From positions 93,186,001 to 93,250,000 of the forward strand of contig JANJGN010000021.1 of assembly GCA_026770705.1 (NCBI GenBank): 64,000 nucleotides of DNA, read 5' to 3'. The translations under genes were made by a program, and so were the position numbers. Under the pieces are notes generated by a model, which ran no database searches, had not been told where the DNA came from, and saw nothing but the letters and a program-made list of their open reading frames with translations. Position 1 is the first letter of the stretch; every line of letters starts with the position of its first letter. Positions 51,157 to 63,240 of the stretch are shown here, in pieces. This DNA comes from Isurus oxyrinchus (lineage: Eukaryota).

Positions 51157-51237
51157 TCCTGTGGCCACTTATCCTTGTTTGTGCCAGAGGTAGTGCTTCC
51201 ACTGGTGCTAACATGTAACACATTGAAACAATCCCCT

Positions 51238-51245
51238 TATTTATA
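51238..51245 (-). promoter_or_regulatory. TATA box (TATAAATA) of the GPR139-like gene
   Basis: About 82 bp upstream of the exon-1 ATG on the same strand. Confidence 0.6.
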
Positions 51246-51444
51246 GATGAGTGGAGTCCTCCAGAGACATCATTTGCATCTGTGGAACCTGATATTAATC
51301 ATAGTTACTGAACAAACAGGTTCAGTTAACCCCCGTCAATCCAACACTTATATTGTCACAGCATACAATTCAACATGTGTGAAATGTGTGCCGTATCCTC
51401 CATACTCCCAGGTTAAACACATCCCATACCCAAATGCTGCCCTC

Positions 51445-52575
51445 TTTTTCAGCCATCTGTTTCGTGAGATGATGCTTTGACCCTCAGTTCTCAACTCTCT
51501 GTTAAACATCGCCTGGATTTGTTCAGGAGCCTCATTCTGGTCCATGTCACATTAGATGCAGAGGTCGACAGAGGTTGAGGGGGTGCAGGATTTTCTGCCT
51601 CTGTTTTCCCTTGGCCCTCTTCTCAGTCAATTGAGCCTTCCATTTCTCACCGCATGCCCCAGTGCCCCTCCAACTAGACATCCTCCAGAGGTCATGGCAG
51701 TCTTTCACTGTCTCCCAGTTGTCTGTCAATGTCCACAAACCTCATATCTCACTTGCAGGTGACCTTGTAATAGAGGTTTGGATGTTCAATGGGTCGTGAC
51801 ATAGTGAACAATTCACTGTCCGGTCTTTTGGGTATACAGTTATGCCCTTTGCCTTTGGAAGTTCTCTTGCAGCTGACAGACTGAGTAGATCATGTCAGTC
51901 ATCTTCCAATTCTGAAATCATCCCGAGATTCTGGGTAGGTGCATTCGGCCAATTTCTGCAGTCCGGCAAGGGCAACACGGGCCCACGACTTTTCCCAAGA
52001 TGTTCTGCAGTGGAGATGTATTGATCGTTGTTGCAATCACTGCGATTGTTCTTGTTCTCGGACATCTCCTGAGGCCTCATCCCTCCAGCAAAGACAGGCA
52101 TTTCTGTAGATGTGTCAAGGAGTGCCACCTGTCTGTGCTTGATGCAGTCAGGCCGTATGGCATCATCGCCTGGAGCCTTGGCAATGGTAAGCTTTGCTCA
52201 GCTTCTCTACTGTGGGATCAGTATCCAGCTGTGCCAAGAGAGGCAGGCTGTTCACAGTGTGCAGAGTTTCTTTGTTACAGTGTTCTCCCTAAAGCACAAA
52301 TCAAGGTTGTTTCCCATTCCTCTCACCAACTGTTTATTGCAGTCAGTGGCGACCTTCCCTGCCTTTGTTTTCAGTGGAGCCGTTTTCTTTGCTGATGGAC
52401 CTGTCGCTTTTTTGATCAAGTCGTACATTCCCGAGTGTTCCCAGTGCCAAAGGGTATCTGGGAACTGTAGGCATTGGCTATTGTGTCTGACAGTCTTTTG
52501 GATTTTACTCGGAGCAGCTCTTAGCGCCTTCTCGCACGGACCTTTGAATGAGTGCAGGTCACTTGGCTTTAAAGG
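51445..52575 (-). mobile_element. RTE-clade LINE, internally deleted and decayed
   Basis: GMYDLIKKATGPSAKKTAPLK, KAPGDD, NRSDCNN and LQKLAECTYPES motifs joined to C-terminal WETV...LW...EKRAK. Confidence 0.75.
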
Positions 52576-52619
52576 GACCCCAAAGTTCAGTGCTTATCCC
52601 CTGGTTAAACCACACCTCA

Positions 52620-54010
52620 AACCAAACTGTCCATCATCTTCGGCTATCAGCCTAGAGCCAGAGGACTATAGGACTGCTAATGTTGTACTGTGGTTTAAAA
52701 GGGAGGGAGGGGTATCTCGAGTCCTCACAGGTCTGAAAGCATGATCTCAATGGTGGGTCAATTATTGGAACTAGTTCCAAGAGATTGTGTAAGTCATCAT
52801 TTAGAGAGACATAGATTAATCAAGGGCGGCCAGAGTGGATTTGTCCAGAGGAAGTTGTGCTGAGAAACATAGGAATTGGAGTAGGCCATTTAGCCTTCTG
52901 CCTGACTAACTCAATTGAAGATTTGAGGAGACAATGGAAAGGGTCATGTACATTCTACCTTGTTTGTGGTGCAGTTTATGACAAAGTCCCACATGACACA
53001 CTAATCAGAGATAGCTCCTAGGATCCAAGAGAAAGTGGGAAGTTGGATCCAAATTGGCTCAGCATCAGAAAGCAAGGAGAAATGCTTGGTCGGTGGGTTT
53101 TTTTGCAAGTGGAAGGCTGTTTCCAATGGGGCTACACTGGGCTCAGTAATGTGTCCTTGCCATTGTGGTATTTATCAATGGCTTAGGCTTGAATGTAGGG
53201 GGCTAAATTACAGAGTTTGTGGGTGATTTCAAAATTGGCCATGTGGTTGATCATGACAAGGAAAACTGTAAACTGGGGGAAAGAAATCAGCGGACTTGTC
53301 CAGCCGACAGTAAATTGGCAAATGGATTTCAATCTGGAGAAGTTTGAGGTAATGCATTTTGGGGAGAGCAAACAAAGCAAAGGACCATACAATAAATAAT
53401 AGGTTATTGAGAAACATAGAGAAACCTTGGAATGTATGTTCATAGATCCCTGAATGTAGCAGAACAAGTGGATAAGGTGGTTAAGGAGACATGCGGGATA
53501 CATTCCTTTGTGAACTGAGGCTGGAATATAAGAGCAGGGAGTTTATGCCAGAACTGTACAAGACACTTGCTAGGACACAGCTCGAGTACTGCACACTGTT
53601 CAGTTCACCACATTACAAGATGGATGTGATCATGCTCGGGAGTACAGAGATTACTGATTGAGGAAAGATCTTGACCCTATTGGATTGGAGAGGCTTGGGT
53701 TCTTTTCTTTGGAACAGATGAGGCTGAGTGGAGATTTAATTGAAGTGTATAAAAAATATGAGGGTCTGAAATAAACAGGACAGGAAGGGTCAATTTTCCT
53801 TAGCAGATAGATCAATAACCAGGACCATAAATTTAAAGTAATTGGTAGAAGATTTAAAGGGTAATTGGGGGGCATTTATTTTTCCCCCAGAGGGTGTGGG
53901 TGGGGTGGGGGAGCTTTTGAACTCACTGTCTGAAATAGTGATAGAGGCAGAAACTTCCATTGCATTCGAAAACACTTAGATATGCACTTGATGTTTCGTC
54001 ACCTGCAGCG
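52620..54010 (+). mobile_element. CR1 LINE ORF2, decayed
   Basis: PEDYRTANV, WQMDFNLEKFEVMHFG and LERLGFFSLEQMRL motifs. Confidence 0.88.
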
Positions 54011-54079
54011 ATACAGGTCAACAGCCAGGATTAAACTGGCTAAGCCTTTCCATGTTATGTTCCTAACTGCAGGAGGTGA

Positions 54080-54350
54080 TTCTGTCCATCTCCCCTTTCT
54101 TCCTGTACAAGGCCCGAAACATTTTTTCCAGGTGAAACAACAATTTACACGGACTTCTTCCAATTTAGTGCGTACACTGTATTCACTGCTCACAATGTGG
54201 CGAGTCGACATCCGGGAGGCCAAGTGGAGGCCGGGTGACTGTTTGGTGGAATGCCTGTGTTCGGTCCGCAAGCATGGCCCTGAGCTTTCCATAGCCTGAC
54301 ATTGCAATTCTCCACCTTGCTCTCACACTGACCTCTCTGTCCTCGGAGGA
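54080..54350 (+). mobile_element. Penelope-like element, GIY-YIG endonuclease remnant
   Basis: QGPKHFFQVKQQFTRTSSNLV...CIHCSQCG...REAKWRPGDCLVECLCSVRK...ELSIA-HCNSPPCSHTDLSVLG. Confidence 0.8.
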
Positions 54351-54591
54351 GCTCAACCTAAGAGAGGGAGTGGGAGAAGGCAGGGCCTGAGAGCTGAAGG
54401 TCAGCAGCAGTAATTAGGTAAGCAGGCATGCGATTGGCTCGTGAGTTTTAAGGTTACCTTTTCTTCTCTCTGTGAACTAGGGCACCAATTGAAACTGGGA
54501 CCAGGAAAGAGTAAGTGTTGTAATGCATTTAGAACTAAAGTAGTGAAACTACTTGATACAACTAGAAATAAGCATTGAATAAAGATGTTCA

Positions 54592-54720
54592 TTTTTTTTC
54601 CCGATTATTATTTCAAAGGTTGTGAGCATCGCTGGCAACACCAGCGTTTGCTGGGCACCCATCATTGCCCTGGAGAAGGTGGTAGTGAGCTGCCCCTCCT
54701 GAACTGCTGCTGTCCAACTG
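54592..54720 (-). mobile_element. 3'-tail fragment of the tRNA-headed LINE family
   Basis: Matches 56205-56320 (catcgctggc...ttgccctggagaaggtggtagtgagctg). Confidence 0.7.
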
Positions 54721-54729
54721 GTGAAAGTA

Positions 54730-55845
54730 AACTAGTAACTCAAGGCTAGCCTAAGATACAGCATGTATGAATGAAGACGTAAAGGAACAACTGAGGGGTA
54801 GAAAAGAAGCGTACATTAAGTACGTAGAGGAGTGCATGTTAAGAGAAATTCCAAAGAGATTAGAAGTCCAAAAATATTACAGTTAGGAAATCAAAAAGTA
54901 ACTGTGGAATTAAATTACTAAAGGGCATAAATCAAAATAGTAAAGTATTTCACAAGAAAAACAATAAAAAAAGAAGGCTGTGATGGTCTGGACTATTCAG
55001 GGATAGGCAGGATAATACCACAGAGAAATAGAGAAATATCTAATACAATAAGAGAAATGACAGAAATGTTAAATGCTCCTTTCCCCTTTGTATTTCCCCA
55101 GGGAGGTAGAAAAGGTAGACATGACATTGAATGTTGAGCAGTGAGATGAGTGCATTTCAAATAAAAAAAGGTTGTATTGAATTTAATAACTTGAGGTCAA
55201 GGAGAATAAAGCCCCTGGTCCAGATAGGTTAAATCCATGTCTTTTAAAAGAATCACAAGGAGTGTTAGCAGAAGCATTACTACTCATATTTATTTAATAA
55301 CTCATTAGAAATCAGGTGCAGTGCCAAAGGACTGGCAGAAAGCTCGTTATTCCTATATTTAAGAAGAGGGACAGGGCAAATCCAGAGAATTATAAGCCAG
55401 TCAGTTTAACATCAGGAAAAACAATAGAATCCTTGCTAAAGGAAGAATTAGAAGGGCATCGGGAAATGAGAAATAATGAATAACCAGCATGGATTTCAAA
55501 AAGGGAAAATCTTGCTTAACCAACCTTATTAAATTTCGAGGAGGGAACAGAGAGAATAGACAATGATAATTTGCAGGACCTGTAATTTATCTGGATTTTC
55601 GATAAGGTGTCCCATAATAGACTAATGAATAGGGTCACAGAATATGGAGCCTGGGGACAAGTGGCAGAATGGATTGCTAGCTGGGTTCAAGACAGAAAGC
55701 AGAGAGAGGGAGTAAAGGATAGTTATTCCGTGTGGTGTGAAGTTCACTTCCGCACGGATCAGCACTGAGGACACTCTTGTTCATGATTTAAACTTTGGAA
55801 TTGAAAAACACAATTTATAAATTTCCGGATGACACCAAATATCGG
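54730..55845 (+). mobile_element. CR1 LINE ORF2 fragment, decayed
   Basis: KAPGPD, PENYKPVSLTS, NQHGFQKGKSCLTNL, DKVSH and FPDDTK motifs. Confidence 0.88.
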
Positions 55846-56204
55846 GGGGTGAGGGTAGAGGGTGACGGGATGGTGGGGGGATGGTGTGACAAAGTATTCA
55901 GTAGAAAATATTGTGCACTTGTGATAAAGGGATGGCAATAATCATGGATGATTTTAATCTAAACATAAACAAGGAAAATCAGGTTGGCTGTCGTAGCCTG
56001 GATGAAGAGTTCTTAGAATGCTTTTGAGATAGTTTCTTAGATAGTTCTGGAATCAACCAGAGAGCAGTTTATATTTGATCCTGGTTATGTAACAGGATAC
56101 CTCAGAGTAAAGGCATCCCTAGGTAGCAGCGACCGCGGTATGATTGAGTTTTACATCCGGTTTGAAAGAGAGAAGAGCGGGTCTAAGACTAGTATCTTAA
56201 ACTT

Positions 56205-59200
56205 TTCTTTTTTATACATCCATGGGATGTGGGCTTCGCTGGCTGGCCCAGTATTTATTGCCCATCCCTAGTTGTCCTTAAGGAAGGTGGTAGTGAGCTG
56301 ATTTCTTGAACCGCTGCAGTTCATGTGGTGTGGGTACACCCACAGTGCTGCTAGAGAGGGAGTTCCAGGATTTTGACTCAATGACATTGAAGGAACAGCA
56401 ATATATTTCAAAGTAAGGATGCTTATTGACTTTGAGGGGAACTTCCAGGTGGTGGCATTCCCATTTATCTGCTGTTCTTGCCATTCTAAATGGTAGTGGT
56501 TGTGGGTTTGGGTGGTACTGTCGAAGAAGCCTTGTTGAATTCCTGCAATGCGTCTTGTAGATGGTACACACTGCTGCCACTGTGCGTCTATGGTAGAGGG
56601 AGTGAATGTTTGTGGATGTGGCGTCAATCAAGCGGGTTGCTTTGCCCTGGATGGTGTCAAGTTCCTTGAGTGCTATGGGGGCTGCACTCATCCAGGCAAG
56701 TGGGGAGTATTACATCACACTCCTGACTTGTGCCTTGTAAGTGGTGAACAGGCTTTGGGGAGTCAAGAAGTGAGTTACTCACTGCAGGATTCCTAGCCTT
56801 TGACATGCTTTTGTAGCCACCGTGTTTATATGGCTAGACCAGTTCAGTTTCTGGTTAATGATAATACCCAGGGTGTTGATAGTGGGGATTCAGTGATGGT
56901 AATACCATTGAACATCAAGGGGCAATGGTTGAATTCCCCTTTGTTGTAGATGGTCATTACCTGGCACTTGTGTGGCACAAATGTTACTTACCAGTTACCA
57001 GCTTGCTGCAGATGGACATGCTTCAGTATCTGAGGAGTCGCTAATGGTGCTGAACATTGTGCAAACATCAGCAAACATCCCCATTTCTGACTTTATGATG
57101 GAAGGAAGGTCATTGATGAAGCAGCTGATGGTTGGGCTGAGGACACTACCCTGAGGAACTCTGCAGTGATGTCCTGGAGCTGAGATGACTGACCTCCAAC
57201 AAACACAACCATCAACCATCTTCCTTTGTGCTAGGTATGACTCCAACTAGTGGAGAGATTTCCTCTGATTCCCATTGACTCCAGTTTTGCTAGGGCTCCT
57301 TGGCCAAATGCTGCCTTAGTGTCAAGGGCAGTCACTCTCACCTCACCTCGGGAGTTCAGCTGTTTTGTCCATGTTTGAACCAAGGCTACAATGAGGTCAG
57401 GAGCTGAGTGGCCCTGGTGGAACCCAAACTGGGTGTCAGTGAGCAGGTTATTGCTAAGTAATTGCCACTTGATAACATTGTTGATGATCCCTTCAATTCC
57501 TTTGCTGATGTTGGAGAGTAGACTGATGGGGCCGTAATTGACCGGGTTGGATTTATCCTGCAATTTTCCACATAGCCGGGTAGATGCCAGTGTTGTAGCT
57601 GTACTGGAACAGGTTGGCGAAGGGTGCGGCAAGGTCTGGAGCTTAAGCCTTCAGTACTATTGCTGGAATATTGTCAGGGCCCATGGCCTTTGCGGTATCC
57701 AGTGCCTTCAGCTGTTTCTTGATATCACATGGAGTGAACCAAATTGGCTGAAGACTGGCACATGGTGATGTTGGGGACCTCCAGGGGTGGCCGAGATGGA
57801 TCATCCACTCGGCACTTCTGGCTAAAGATTGTAGCAAATACTTCAGCCTTATCTTTTGCACTGATGTGCTGGGCTCCCCCATCATTGAGGATGGGGATAT
57901 TTGTGTAGCCTCCTCCCCCAGTGAGTTGTTTTATTGTCCACCAGCATTCACGGCTGGATGTGGCAGGACTGCAGAGCTTAGGTCTGAACCTTTGGTGGTG
58001 GGGTCGCTTCACCCAGTCTATCACTTGCTGCTTATGCTGTTTGATGCGCAAGTAGTCTGTGTTGTAACCTCACCAGGTTGACACCTCATTTTTAGGTATT
58101 CCTGGTACTACTCCTGGCATGCCCTCCTGCACTTTTCATTGAACCAGGGTTGATACCCTGGCTTGATGGTAATGGTAAAGTGGGGAATATGCCAGGCCAT
58201 GAGGTTACAGATTGTGTTTGAATACAATTCTGCTGCTGCTGATGGCCCACAGCGCCTCATTGATGCCCAGGCTTGAGTTGCTAGATCTGCTCAAAATCTA
58301 TCTCATTTAGCATGGTGGTAGTGCCACACAATGCAATGGATGGTATCCTTGATGTGAAGGTGGGACTTTGTCTCCACAATGACTCTGCAGTGGTCAATCC
58401 TGCCGGTACTATCATGGACAGATGCATCTGCAGCAGGTAGGTTGGTGAGAATCGGGTCAAGTAAGTTTTTCCCTCGTTGGTTCCCTCACCACCTGCCGCA
58501 CGCCCAGTCTACCAGCTATGTCATTTAGGACTCGGCCAGCTTGTTCAGTAGTGGTGCTACCGAGCCACTCTTGGTGATAGACATTGAAGTCCCCCATCCA
58601 GAGTACATTCTGCACCCTTGCCACCCTCAGTGATTTTTCCAAGTGGTGTTCAACATGGAGGAGCACTGATTCATCAGCTGAGAGAAGGCGGTACATGGTA
58701 ATCAGCAGGAGGTTCCCTTGCCCAAGTTTGACATGATGCCATGAGACTTCATGGGTCCAGAGTCGATGTTGAGGACTCCCAGGGCAGCTCCCTCCCAACT
58801 GTATACCGCTGGTTTGCCACCTCTGCTGGGCCTGTCCTGCCGATGGGACAGGACATACCCAGGGATGGTGACAGTGGTGTCCAAGGCATTATCTGTAAGG
58901 TATGATTCCATGAGGATGACAATGTCAGGCTGTTGCTTGACTAGTCTGTGAGACAGCTCTCCCAATTTCTGCATGAGCCCCCAGATGTAAGTAAGGAGGA
59001 CTTTGCAGGGTCGACAGGGATGAGATTGCCGTTGTTGTTTCTGGTGCCTAGGTCGACGCCAGGTAATCTGTCTGGTTTCATTCCTTTTCTGTGACTTTGC
59101 AGCAGTTTGTTACAACTGAGTGGCTTGCTAGGCCATTTCAGAAGACATTTAGGAGTCAAATATATTGCTGTAGGTTTAGGTAAGGACAACAGGCTTCCTT

Positions 59201-59405
59201 CCCTAAAGAACATTAGTGAACCAGATGGGTTTTTACAACAATCAATAATGATTTCATGGTCAGCATTAGACTTTTAATTGCAGATTTTTATTGAATTCAA
59301 ATTCCACCATCTGCCATGACGGGATTTGAACCCGGGTCCCTGAGCATTACCCTGGGTCTCTGGATTAGTCGCCCAGCAACAAAGGCACAATGCCATCACC
59401 TCTTC
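56205..59405 (-). mobile_element. Near full-length 3.2-kb non-LTR retrotransposon (APE+RT, no ORF1) with a tRNA-like Pol III 5' head; clade not determined
   Basis: B box GGTTCAAATCC at 59322-59332; APE motifs KQQPDIVILMESYL, RQDRPSRGG and WMGDFNVYH; RT motifs KAMGPDNIP, QFGFHQGHS, VPQGSVLSP and MFADV; A-rich tail; frameshifted. Confidence 0.9.
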
Positions 59406-59613
59406 TATAATAAAGAGCAATTATGTGGGGATGAAAGCTGAGCTAGCTGAAGCGAACTGAGAAACTAGGCTAGAGGATAGATCAATAGAGATTAGGGGAT
59501 ACCTGGACCTACAACAATATATTTGACTCCTAAATGTCTTCTGAAATGGCCTAGCAAGCCACTCAGTTGTAACAAACCGCTGCAAAGTCACAGAAAAGGA
59601 ATGAAACCAGACA
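59069..59613. repeat. 107-bp inverted duplication (59069-59175 and 59507-59613)
   Basis: Arms are reverse complements with 2 mismatches. Confidence 0.92.
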
Positions 59614-59934
59614 TTGTTCAGAATAAGTACATTCCTACTATAAAGAAAAATTCTAAGGCGGGGACACATCACCCGTGGTTAATTAAAGAAGTTAAGGAAA
59701 GCATCAAACTTAAGGAAAAAGCATCCAAACTCCACAAACATGAGTGGCAAGGCAGATGATTGGACAGAATATAAAGAATGGCAGAGAATGGCTAAAAGGT
59801 TAATCAGGAGAAAGAAATTAGAATATGAGACGCAGCTAGCTAGAAATGTAAAAACAGATAGCAAGAGTTTCTGCAGGCATTTAAAAAGGAAAAGAGTAAG
59901 TAAAGTGAGTGTTGGTCCTCTAGAGAGTGACAGT

Positions 59935-61940
59935 GACCATAAGACTTAGGAGCAGAAGTAGGCCATTCAGCCCATTGAATCTGCTCTGCCATTCAATGAG
60001 ATCATGGCTGATCTGCTAATCCTCAACTCCGCTTTCCTACCTTTTCCCCATAGCCCTTGATTCCCTTAATGATTAAAAATCTGTCTATCTCAACCTTGAA
60101 TATACTTAACAACCCAGCCTTCAGCCCTCTGCGGTAAAGAATTCCAGAGATTGACAACGCTCTGAGAGAAGAAATTCCTCCTCATCTCTGTCTTAAGTGG
60201 GTGATCCTTACTCTGTGATTATGCCCTCTGGTCCTAGACTCTCCCAGAAGGGGAAACAGCCTCTCAGCATCCACCCTGTCAAGCCCTCTAAGAATCTTAA
60301 ATGTTTCCATAAGGTTGCCTCTCATTCTTCTAAATTCCAATGAGTACGGGCCCAACCTATTCTACTCCTCATAAGAAAATCCCTTCATACCCAGGATCAA
60401 CCTAGTGAGCCTTCTCTGGACTGCCTCCAATGATAAGGGGACCAAAACTGTTCACAGTATTCTAGGCTTTGTCTAACTAGTCCCATGTATAGTTTTAGTA
60501 AGACTTCCCTATTTTTATACTCCATTCCCTTTGAAATAAAGGCCAAAATTCTATTTGCCTTCCCTATTACCTGCTGAACTTATATGCTAGCTTTTTGTGA
60601 TTCATGCACAAGGATACTCAAATCCCTCTGCATTGCAGCTTTCTGCAGTCTTTCTCCATTTAAATAATATTCAGCTCCTCTATTCTTCCTGCTGAAGTGC
60701 AGAACCTCACATTTTCTCACACTATATTCCATTTGTCAAGTTTTTGCCCACTCAATTAACCTGTCTATTTTCCTCTGTAGACTCTTTGTGTCATCCTAAT
60801 CACTTGCCTTCCCACCTATTTTTAAGAAGTTCACAAACTTGACAATAGTGCATTCACTTCCCTCATCCAAGTCATTAATATATATTGTAAATAATTGTGG
60901 CCCCAGCACTGATCCCTGTGGCCTCCACTTGTTACAAGTTGCCATCCTGAAAATGCCCCGCTTATCCCAACTCTCTGTCTCCTATTAGTGAGCCAATCCC
61001 CTATCCCTGCTAATATACAACCCCAACACCATGGGCTCTTATCTTTTTAAGTAGCCTTATGTGTGGTACCTTATCCTTTTGGAAATCTAAATATATTACA
61101 TCAACTGATTCCCCTTTATCTATCCTGCTTGTGACCTCCTCAAAGAATTCTAATAAATTTGTCAGGCATGATTTCCCATTCATGAAGCCATGCTGACTTT
61201 GCTTGATTTCTAAATGCTCTGCTACTACATCCTTTATTATAGACTCTAACATTTTCCCAATGACGGGTGTTAAGCTAACTGGTCTATATTTACCTGTCTT
61301 TTTTGTCTCCCTCCCTTTTTGAATAAGGGTGTTACATTGGTAGATTTCCAATCCTCTGGGACATATCCAGAATCTAATGATTCTTGAAAGATTACCATCA
61401 GTGCATCCAATATCTCCCTAGCTACTTCCTTTAATATCCGAAGATGCAACCCATCAGGTCCAGGGGACTTATCAGCCCTTAGCCCCATTAGTTTCCCTAA
61501 TACTTTTCTCCAGTGGTAGCTATTGTATTTATTTCCTCCCTGCCTGTTGCCCCTTGATTATTTAGTCTATTTGGAATGCTATTGGTGTCTTTTACTATAA
61601 ATACTGATGCAAAGTATTTATTCAACTCCTTTGCCATTTCTTGGTTCCCCATTATTATTCCCCCAGCCTCATTCTCTAAGGGGCCTATGTTCACTTTGAC
61701 CTCTCTTCCTTTTTATATATTTAAAAGAGGCTCTTACAGTCCATTTTTATACAACTTGTTAATTTACCCTCAAAGTTTATTTTCTCCCTCTTTATTTTTT
61801 TTTGGTAATCTTTTGTTGGTTTCTAAAACTTTCCCAATCCTCTGATCTTTGCCACATTGTACGTTTTTTCTTTCAATTTGATACTATCCATAACTTCCTT
61901 GGTTAACCCATGGTTGGTTTACCTCCTTTCTAGTATCCTC
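59935..61940 (-). mobile_element. CR1 LINE (5'-truncated) nested in the host CR1
   Basis: NIGPLENEAG, KSPGPDGLH, YRPVSLT, QHGFMNGKSCLTNLLEFFE and YLDFQK motifs; 3' end at 59935. Confidence 0.92.
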
Positions 61941-62007
61941 CTTCTTATAAATTTGTTGTATAGTTATAGAACAAAAAACCCCTTCTAGATCAGCTCAGGA
62001 CATAATC

Positions 62008-62076
62008 CTGAAGAGCAATTAGGAATGGGCCATAAATGTGGGCTTTGTCAGCAACACTCATGAATAAAAGGAAATA
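62008..62076 (+). mobile_element. Short 3'-tail fragment of the tRNA-headed LINE/SINE family
   Basis: aagagcaattaggaatgggccataaatg...catgaataaaa. Confidence 0.6.
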
Positions 62077-63149
62077 AGTGGGGAGCTAATAGTAGGTAAT
62101 AAGGAAATGGCGGAAGAAGTGAACAAATTTTTTGCTTCTGTGTTCACTATAGAGGATACATAAAACATTCCAGTAATAGCTGCAAATCAGGAGGTGAACA
62201 GGAGAAAGGAACTTGGTGAAATCAAAATGACTAGGGAAACGGTGCTGAGCAAACTGATGGAGCTGCAGGCTCTGGGTCCTGATGGCCTACATCCTAGGGT
62301 CTTAAAAGAGGTTGGTTAATGAAGTAGTCAATGTGCTGGTGTTAATTTTCCAAAATTCACTAGATTCTGGAAAGGGTTCCATCAGATTGGAAAGCAGCAA
62401 ATATAACCCCTCTATTCAAGAAGGGAGGGAGGCAGAAAACAGGAAGCTATAGGCCAGTTAGCTTGACATCTGTCATGGGGAAGTTATTAGATTCGGTCAT
62501 TAAGGAGGTTATAGCTGGGCACTTAGAAGAGCTCAAGGCAATAGGGAAGAGTCAGCGTGGTTTTGTGAAAGAAAAATCATGTTTAACCAATTTATTGGAG
62601 TTTTTTGAAGGAGTAACATGCACAGTGGATAAAGGGGAGTCTGTAGATGTACTGCACATGGATTTCCAGAAGGCATTTGATAAGGTGCCACATCAAAGAT
62701 TTTTACAGAAAATAAAAGCACATAGTGTAGTGAGTAACATATTAGCTTGGATAGAAGATTGGCTGGCTGGCAGAAAATAGAGAATATGAATAAATGGGTA
62801 TTTTTCTGATTGGCAGGATGTGACGAGTGGAGTCCCACAGGGGTCTGTCCTGGGGCCTCAATTTTTTATGACTTACATCAATGAATTAGATGAGGGGAGT
62901 GAAGATATGGTAGCTAAACTTGCAAATGACACAAAGATAGGTAGGAAAGTATGTTGTGAAGAGGACATGAGGAGGTTGCAGATGGATATAGCTGGGTTGG
63001 GTGAGTGGGCAAAGATGTGGCAAATGAAGTTTAATGTGGGAAAATGTGAAGTTGTTCAATATGGCAGGAAGATCAAAAAAGCAGAGTATTACTTAAATGG
63101 AAAACAACTGCATAATTGTGGTGCAGAGGGATCTAGGTGTTCTAGTACA

Positions 63150-63240
63150 AAAACAGAATTACCTGGAAAAACTCAGCAGGTCTGGCAGCATCGGCGGAGA
63201 AGAAAAGAGTTGACGTTTTGAGTCCTCATGACCCTTCGAC
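63150..63240 (-). mobile_element. 91-bp Penelope-type terminal fragment with a 6-bp TSD (AGTACA)
   Basis: AGTACA at 63144-63149 and 63241-63246; interrupts CR1 coding (RDLGVLV|H); minus strand has hammerhead-like CTGTCGA-stem-CAAAACGTC. Confidence 0.75.
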
